Below, one piece after another: positions 35,114 to 41,662 of a stretch of 41,662 nt of DNA (the stretch's first letter is position 1; each line of letters begins with the position of its first letter). Source of the stretch: Chiloscyllium plagiosum (lineage: Eukaryota); contig NC_057718.1 in NCBI RefSeq assembly GCF_004010195.1, forward strand, positions 59,392,485 to 59,434,146. The letters run 5' to 3'. The notes under the pieces are model-generated. The model ran no database searches and had not been told where the DNA came from. It saw only the letters and a list, made by a program, of their open reading frames with translations. A program made the translations under genes and the position numbers.

Positions 35114-35944
35114 CAATATATTTTGTAAATATATTCTTTATTGTTATGCAGACACTGGTCCATTGACATGATGTATGAAATAAACAGTTAGCACTCAACC
35201 ATTTGTAGATGAGTCATTGGTTTATTATTGTAAGTATTAGCATCATAAACAAAAGGCATGCATTATATTTTATTAAAATAGGCTCTACTTTCTGTATTTT
35301 TAATCATTGCATTTCACTGATTTATATTACTCCATTCCTCAACACATCAGGCAGAACCTTCAACATTAACAGGGATATAAAATAAGCAATCTCACATCAG
35401 GCACCCTTTTTATACCCATCTGATACTTTTAACCAAATTCCCCCCATCGGTTATACACCCCATAACCAATACTGACAGTTTGATTAATTACTGTACATTT
35501 ATAATTCTTGTCTGCAAGACCCTTCAAATCTTTCACCCACCACTGTTTATGTCTCTCCCATTCCAAATCTCAGCCTCTGGATTCCATTCAGCTACCTGTG
35601 ACCTTGTCAGACTCCTGTTTCTTTGGACCTACTACTGATGACAGAGGCTTCAGCTGCTTTGACCTGCTCTTTGAGACCCTTTTTTCTAAACTCTTCTGCA
35701 ATATCAAATTGAAAAAGAAATTCCCAAAACCCATCTTTAAAACCTAGGTTTTTTTTGTGATCGTTACTCCTTTACTGGTCCCCATTTTCACATTGGTGGA
35801 TGTTGGTGGTCTAGTTGGGGGCTACTGCTGTTAATATGGCAAGAAGCTCAACAGTTGATGGTGTTAATTGGTTCATTAACTGACTGAATAGTTATACGGG
35901 AGACCAGGTGTCATCAATGTGTGGAAAGAGATGTAAAATTGATT

Positions 35945-36210
35945 AGGGCTCTCTTGTGGCATCCTTACACTTGGATGAGAAGTCTATCAGAGATTCAGTG
36001 GTAAAGCTTCAATGAGAGTTACAGTCTCCACCAGCTAAGTCTAAGTCACATCTGCTCCAGAGGTGGCTAAAAACATCTCTGAACAATTTGATTATAAATA
36101 TTGCCAGACTGAGTAGTTAGTGTTCCCATCTCTGGACCAGAAGATTTGGGTTTGACACGCACCTGTTCCAGAGATGTATAATATAGCACATCTAACTGGG
36201 ATGATTTGAA
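35945..36210 (+). mobile_element. Two decayed copies of the short tRNA-derived SINE
   Basis: gggctctcttgtggc...catctgctccagaggtgg..aacatctctgaacaatttgatt and tgttcccatctctggaccagaag..cacctgttccagagatgt. Confidence 0.6.
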
Positions 36211-36227
36211 GTTGATTTATTTAGGAT

Positions 36228-36357
36228 TTGGAGGTGCCAGTGTTGGACTGGAATGTACAAAGTTAAAAATCACACAGCACCAGGTTATAGTCCAATGGGT
36301 TTATTTGGAAGCACACTAGCTTTCGGAGTGCTGCACCTTTATCAGGTGGTTGTGGAC
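36228..36357 (-). mobile_element. PLE terminal mini-insertion with mutated hammerhead
   Basis: 13-bp TSD atttatttaggat (36215-36227, 36358-36370). Same family as 22802-22925. Minus strand reads cacCTGATAA..GAAAGCTAgtg. Confidence 0.88.
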
Positions 36358-36359
36358 AT

Positions 36360-36442
36360 TTATTTAGGATATCTGGTTGGTATGGATGAGTTGGACCAAG
36401 GGGTCTGTTTCTGTGTTGTGTATCTCTATGACTTTATGACTC
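36360..36442 (+). mobile_element. CR1 extreme 3' end
   Basis: ggtatggatgagttggaccaaggggtctgtttctgtgttgtgtatctctatgactttatgact. Confidence 0.8.
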
Positions 36443-36689
36443 AAAATAAAAGTAAGACTGAATAGTCCCCTCCTACTCCACTTTGATTTAGCCTCCTTTC
36501 CTCACCTTTGATGATTTGTATTGCCCTTCATGGCTTTGCGTGTAACTTAATCAATTAGAAAGCATGGGTGATTTACTGATGGTGGGCAGTGACAAAAATT
36601 GCCTCAGGTGATTTGGTGATGGGAAAAGCTGTTCAGTTTGTGTGCAAGAGCACTTCTGGATGGAGAAAAAGAAATAAAGCCTGAATAGT

Positions 36690-36809
36690 GGGCTCTTGTG
36701 GCACAGTGGTAGTGATCTTACCTCTGAGCCAGATGGCGCCAGGTTCAAGTCCCATCTGATGTAGAGATGTACAATGATATCTTTGAGTAAGTTGATAAGA
36801 AAACATTCT
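36690..36809 (+). mobile_element. Short (120-bp) tRNA-derived SINE with TSD
   Basis: A box tggcacagtgg, B box ggttcaagtcc, and a 13-bp TSD aagcctgaatagt / aagactgaatagt. Confidence 0.8.
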
Positions 36810-37012
36810 AAGACTGAATAGTAGCTAATTAGTGAAAGTTGCCAAAAGTGATTTGGTCGTGGAAAAAGCTATTCGGTTGTGTGTGAAAGGACATTCAGAT
36901 ACAAAATGGAAAAAAGTAAGACTGAATAGTTAAGGAACTCTCTCCACAATGAAAGATGTTTTCGTTTCTGTCACGCTGATTTGCTTGGATCCAAATTGAT
37001 ACTGGACTTAGA

Positions 37013-37170
37013 GATAGTGTAGATAATGGTGACATTGATGATAATGCTGGTGGTGGTAGTGACAGTGGTGGTGCTGATTATTCTGGTGATTTGATGGTGG
37101 TGCTGGCAGTGTTTATATTGGGGATAGTGGTGACGGTATTGGTGATTGCCAGAGGTTGAAGTGGTAACTA
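37013..37170. repeat. Degenerate (GGT/GAT)n trinucleotide low-complexity tract
   Basis: Read directly. Confidence 0.8.
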
Positions 37171-37585
37171 TGCTAGTTTATGAACCAGTTGTGAAGAGAT
37201 CAAGTTCTACTTGTGATAAGAGGCTAAAGTAGTAATAGTGGACAACGGAGTAAAAATTGTAACTTCATTTTAATAAGCTTTCAATACTCTGTGGTACAAT
37301 AACCAAATGATCATGAGGTAAATTGGCAAACCATCGACTGAAATAAGAAATTTACTCAAGAATACCTGGAAATGATCCATAACTTCCTTCATAAATTTAT
37401 AGGCTATGTGCAGTGTGAGAGCAGCATTGTGTTTGAGAAGTTCTGCTTTACTTGCAGAAAGAGAAAAAATAAATTTTCTTTTAGTTGTAACATAAAATTT
37501 ATACAAAAAAGCATCTAGCATAAATCATTCAGCATGTGGGTATGGGACTTGCTTTCATTGGAACTCCGTCGACAATACAGATGTT

Positions 37586-37985
37586 AGCAAAAAACTATGG
37601 ATGCTGGAAGTCTGAAACAAAAACAGAGCATGTAGGAGAAACACAACAGGTCTGGCAGCATTTGTAGAGGGAAAAACAGTTATTGATTCAAGTTCACTGA
37701 CCCTTTATCAGAACTGAAAATGGCTGGCAAATGGTTGGTATTTATGATGGGACAAGGGGTTGCAGAAGATAGACAATGGAGCACATATAGATGAAGCCTG
37801 CAGGGTAAGATAGAGAGAGAAAACAAGATAGACAAACAAAGGGATTGCTGATAAGCCAAAAGAGATAAATGCTACATGGAAATGTGAATAGTTGAAAAGG
37901 TGTTGACTGTGCAGTGTGCAATCTACCTAGGAATGTGGGAGGAAGTGAACTGATATGGGAGAGGATGATCATGTTCTGAAACTTA
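37586..37985 (-). mobile_element. Old PLE 3' fragment
   Basis: Terminus homologous to 33498-33632, with a decayed CTGATAA..GGGTCA hammerhead region and a pyrimidine-rich 3'UTR. Confidence 0.7.
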
Positions 37986-38274
37986 AACTCTATGTTAAAA
38001 ATATAAAAATAACAATTTCAAGTTCAGTGAATAAATATTTCTCAATTAAAATCTCATAACAAACAATTTGTGAGAAATTTTCCCAGCTCTTCACCTCTTA
38101 TAGTTTAAGTGGGAAGGGGTCATTCTGTATCATTACAGTAATGTTAGAAGATGATGGATAATGTTTAAGCATCAGAACTAGCAGCTGCTGGAGAGGTGAT
38201 TCAGATCAATTCTGACTTTGAATGTTGATCACCCTGAGTACAATCTGAGTAAACTGAAAGTAAATACACAAAAC

Positions 38275-39032
38275 AGTCAGCAGTCCATAGATCCCTGAAG
38301 GTGCCAACACAGGTAGATAGTGTGGTAAAGAAACAATACAGGATGGTTGCCTTCATTAGCTGGGGTGTGGAATATATGAGTAAAGGCGGCATATTACAAC
38401 TTTATAAAACATTAGTTAGACCACACGTGGAATACTGTGTGCAGTTCTCATTGCCATGCTAATGAAAGGATGCGATTGCATTGGCAAAGGTGGATAGGTT
38501 GGGTTTGTTTTCCCTGGAGGTGAGGAGGCTGAGCTGTAGGGGTGGAGATCTGATGTATACAGAAATATGAAAGATATAAACAGGGTAACCATGATGTGAA
38601 GGTGCTGGTCTTGGACTGGGGTGGACAAGGTCAGAAGTCACACAATACCAGGTCATAGTCCAACAGGTTTATTTACAATCATAAGCTTTTGGAGAGCTGC
38701 TCCTTTGTCAGGTGAAGTCAGAAAGGAGCAACGCTGTGAAAGCTTCTGATTTTAAATAAACCTGATGGACTATAACCTGGGGTCGTGTGACTTCTGACTT
38801 TATGCAGGGTAGAATTGAGAGAAATTTCCAAAGGATACAAGTTTAAGGTAAAGGTAAGTAATTTAGAGGAGATCTGAGGAAATGTTTTCACCCAGAAGGT
38901 GGTTAAAATATAGAATACACTGCCTGAAAGTATAGTGGATGTGGGCACTCTTGCAACATTCAGGAAACATCTGGATGAGCACTTAAAATATGAGAGCATA
39001 GTCTATTTCTGTGCTCACTGAATCTATGACTC
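38275..39032 (+). mobile_element. CR1 LINE 3' end interrupted by a PLE insertion
   Basis: QVDSVVKK..GMVAFIS..LYKTLVRPHVEYCVQF and terminal tctatgactc. Confidence 0.9.
38588..38804. mobile_element. Inverted pair of PLE termini with decayed hammerheads
   Basis: gtcagaagtcacacaataccaggtcatagtcca...tggactataacctggggtcgtgtgacttctgac forms an inverted repeat, flanked by the direct repeat cagggta. Confidence 0.82.
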
Positions 39033-39238
39033 AATACAATGTACTCAGACATGTTTTCTGACATGCAGACTTTGATTCCCCATTTATTGGTGGGTATGCA
39101 GTAAAATCAGTCACCAAGATAGAGCCAGTCCTAATTTATTGCAATTCACTGCAATCAAGCAATCACACTTGATTGTTCATCACCAAAAGCTCAAGTGCCG
39201 GCAGTATGAGGACTTTAAAGAGTAAAATAGAATGATAG

Positions 39239-40196
39239 TGTTATGGACCAGGCCAGACCCCATCAAACCATTCCAAGAGAGTAGCCTGGGCCCTACCTTT
39301 GCTAGTTGTTTTAAGCAGGTGTAAATTGGATATTCCAGGAATGATGCAGCTAGCCCAACCACCTAGTATTAAACAAAACAGAATTTATTTGCAAGATTAC
39401 TGAATGCAACACAACCAAAAGAGAATGGGTAGCATGGTGGCTCAGTAGTTAGCACTGCTACCTCACAACACCAGGACCCTGGGTTCGATTCCAGCCTCGG
39501 GTGATTGTGCAGACTCCACATAGACATTCTCCACATGTCTGCCTGGGTTTCCCCTGGGGTGCTCAGGTTTCCTCCCACAGTCCAGCGATGTGCAAATTAG
39601 ATGATTGGCCATGCTAAATAGCCCATAGTGTTCAGGGATTTGTAGGATATGTGCAAAGGTTAGGGGAAATGTAAAGTAATAGGGTAGGGGAACAGGTCTG
39701 GGTCGGATACTCTTCAGAGGGTCAGTGTGGAATTGTTGTGCCAAATGGTCTGTTTTCACATTGTAGAGATTGAGAATATAGAATAACTTAACCTATCCAA
39801 AATCTCAACTTAATTGATACTATTCCAAATGCTTGCAACAATCCCTATGAAAACCCCTTGGCACAAAAAGGAAAAATCCAACACAGGTTCTTACAGGAGA
39901 GATGTCAGAGAGAGGGAAGATCAGCATAGACCCCTGCTTCTTTGGGTCCAGCAGCTTCACAACTGACTGCTTGCTAAAACCAAACCAAACCAGAGAAAAG
40001 CTGAGCTGGGTGAACTGATTACTCCCCTTACGTTGTACGTGTTTTTTTTAAAACTTGAAAGCCTTTTGCCTGAAGCAGTATCTGTTAGTTATCAGCAAAT
40101 TGGCCCTAAAATCCTCCAAACCTAGACATCCCAGAACCTGTGTCTGAAAAGAAAACAAGGATAACATAATCTTGTTAAAGGAGTAGCATCATCACA
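39239..40196 (-). mobile_element. 3' LTR of the Gypsy element (with nested HE1 SINE)
   Basis: TG...CA boundaries (TGTGATG on the minus strand at 40196; ...ATAACA at 39239), preceded by the PPT ttttttaagggagg (40197-40210). Confidence 0.85.
39427..39771 (+). mobile_element. HE1-type V-SINE inserted in the LTR
   Basis: A/B boxes (tggctcagtagttagca, ggttcgattcc), V-domain, and a 6-bp TSD gagaat (39421-39426, 39772-39777). Confidence 0.93.
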
Positions 40197-41450
40197 CCTC
40201 CCTTAAAAAATAATGAACCATCAATATCCAAAAATGGCTTCATTTTAAAACCCCTTAATTTTAAATTGTTAGTACACCACATCACCCATATAAATTATAT
40301 TGACAATAATCATACATGATTAGGTTAGTACTTGTCAGCTTGTTTCCGCATATCTCCCCATGTGATAATAACTCTTCCAGATCATTTCGATTTTCCTCTG
40401 GAAGATAACTCAATAATGTATCCCAAGTTTTGACGACTTCCTTATTGTCCAATTTAATTTGAGGAATGTCCAATTCAGAATCCTCTGTTGTAACCAATAC
40501 CACAGCCTCTTTTGACTTTACTTCCCTGTCAAAATGTATTTTGAGTACATTTGCATGACACACTCAGATTTGTTTTGTTTGGAGTCCTTATCAAATAGTT
40601 CACCTCACTCAATATCTTTGACTTGATGTTGTCCACCAAACCTTGCTTTTAAAGATTCATCTACCATGGGAAGTAACACTAACATTTTATCTCCAACAGC
40701 AAAATTGAAAGTTTTTGATTCCTTGTCTGCTTCTTCTTTCATTATATGCTGTGATACTTTTAAATGCTGTCTAGCCAACTCCCCCGCTCTATTTAATAAT
40801 TTCTGCAAGTTTGACACAGTCCAAATACGTGGTCTCTGAATTATGCAGATTCCGGCTTTATTACTGCCCGTGGTTTTCCAATTACCTGATAAGTATGACA
40901 TGCTTGGCAAAATTCAACTACATCCTTGTGCAGTCTAAGCCTCTAAAAAGGTTTTTGTATTTTTGCTTGAGTTTTTCTTACTCCTAAATGACCCCCACTA
41001 GTAGTTCATGCGCCCCTCGCAACACCTTCATTCTATAACCCACTTGGCAATACAACGTGATGAACTTCTGCCCATTTATCATTTGCCTGAATATGCAATG
41101 GTCTCCACCTCTTCATTAGGACATCATTTTTAAGATAGTAGCATTCAGGGACCAATTTGGATTTTTTTTTTGCGGATGCTTTTTGATACAATTGGTTTAA
41201 ATGTTCATCTTTCTGCTGTAACTCAGTTAATTTATCTGAGCTAAATATGTCTGCTTTGTCATCTATCTGCTCCTGGTTTGTCTCAACCATCTGATCAAAC
41301 AAGGTCTCTACTAATTCCACTTCAACTTTATCTATACTGTTTGATCTCTCCTGTTTCAACTGGTGACTTTGTTACATTGTTACCACACAGTAGGGTAAAA
41401 TCCCAGGATACGTTTCCTGCAATAGTTCTGCTGCCTGAATTTCCACTGTC
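40197..41450 (-). mobile_element. Gmr1-like Gypsy internal region: integrase zinc-finger and GPY/F remnants, with integrase core and RT deleted
   Basis: ELQQKD..YYLKNDVLMKRWRP..VVLP, AHE..GGHLGVRKT..FCQACHTYQVIGK, FAVGDKMLVLLP..LKARFGG, CHANVLK, then the pre-RT linker LLSYL..DLEELL..TNLIMYD abutting the 3'UTR/PPT. Confidence 0.85.
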
Positions 41451-41451
41451 T

Positions 41452-41662
41452 AGGGTGTAGGTTTGCTTGCTGAGCTGTAGGTTTGATATCCAGACGTTTC
41501 ATTACCTGGGTAGGTAACATCATCAGTGGCGACCTCCAAGTGAAGTGAAGCTGTTGTCTCCTGCTTTCTATTTATATGTTTGTCCTGGATGGGGTTCCTG
41601 GGGTTTGTGGTGATGTCATTTCCTGTTCGTTTTCTGAGGGGTTGATAGATGGTATCTAGATC
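41452..41662 (-). mobile_element. Penelope-like element (third family) 3' end, inserted in Gypsy and running off the window
   Basis: Minus strand: ORF end DLDTIYQPLRK, then 3'UTR and the hammerhead-bearing terminus cagctcagcaagcaaacctacaccct. Confidence 0.85.
41478..41536 (-). ncRNA. Minimal type I hammerhead ribozyme motif, core intact
   Basis: Minus strand reads cca-CTGATGA-T-GTTACCT-accc-AGGTAAT-GAAA-CGTC-tgg. Stem I is cca/tgg with distal aggt/acct, stem II is 7 bp, and stem III has palindromic ACGT. Predicted GUC cleavage is 3' of position 41493. Confidence 0.75.

Noticed and set aside
36445..36932. CRISPR-like spaced repeat (aagactgaatagt x4)
   Set aside because: Only 13 bp, irregularly spaced, in a eukaryotic context, and explained by a TSD plus local duplication.
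37013..37170. Gly/Asp-rich coding repeat
   Set aside because: Frame is interrupted; this is a degenerate trinucleotide microsatellite.
39427..39500. tRNA genes (also at 16830-16897, 32040-32112, 36690-36755)
   Set aside because: These A/B boxes belong to SINE heads followed by SINE bodies. There is no full cloverleaf.

Overview
This is non-coding, transposon-dense vertebrate DNA, almost certainly from a cartilaginous fish. It carries HE1-type V-SINEs and CR1/HER1-type LINEs, and the repeat set suggests a shark. I recognise no host protein-coding exon, so it is probably an intron or gene desert. The repeats are many CR1 fragments (one with a 185-aa intact ORF2 C-terminus, one long decayed copy with ORF1 esterase), a Rex1/Babar LINE, a Gmr1-like Gypsy LTR element with internal deletions, a second LTR remnant, several SINE families and at least three Penelope-like (PLE) families. 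The PLE termini carry minimal hammerhead-ribozyme motifs, two with intact cores. There is also a decayed, intron-containing Harbinger Myb/SANT-like gene. The most unusual structures are two long, ~95%-identical local inverted duplications (16192-18364 and 27636-28347). One arm of the second is bracketed by a 9-bp direct repeat, which suggests a locally templated insertion. Also notable are 100-220 bp hammerhead-only PLE insertions with clean target-site duplications, and candidate conserved enhancers near 0.5-1.45, 11.6-12.3 and 14.8-15.2 kb. Family names come from motif recognition, not database searches.
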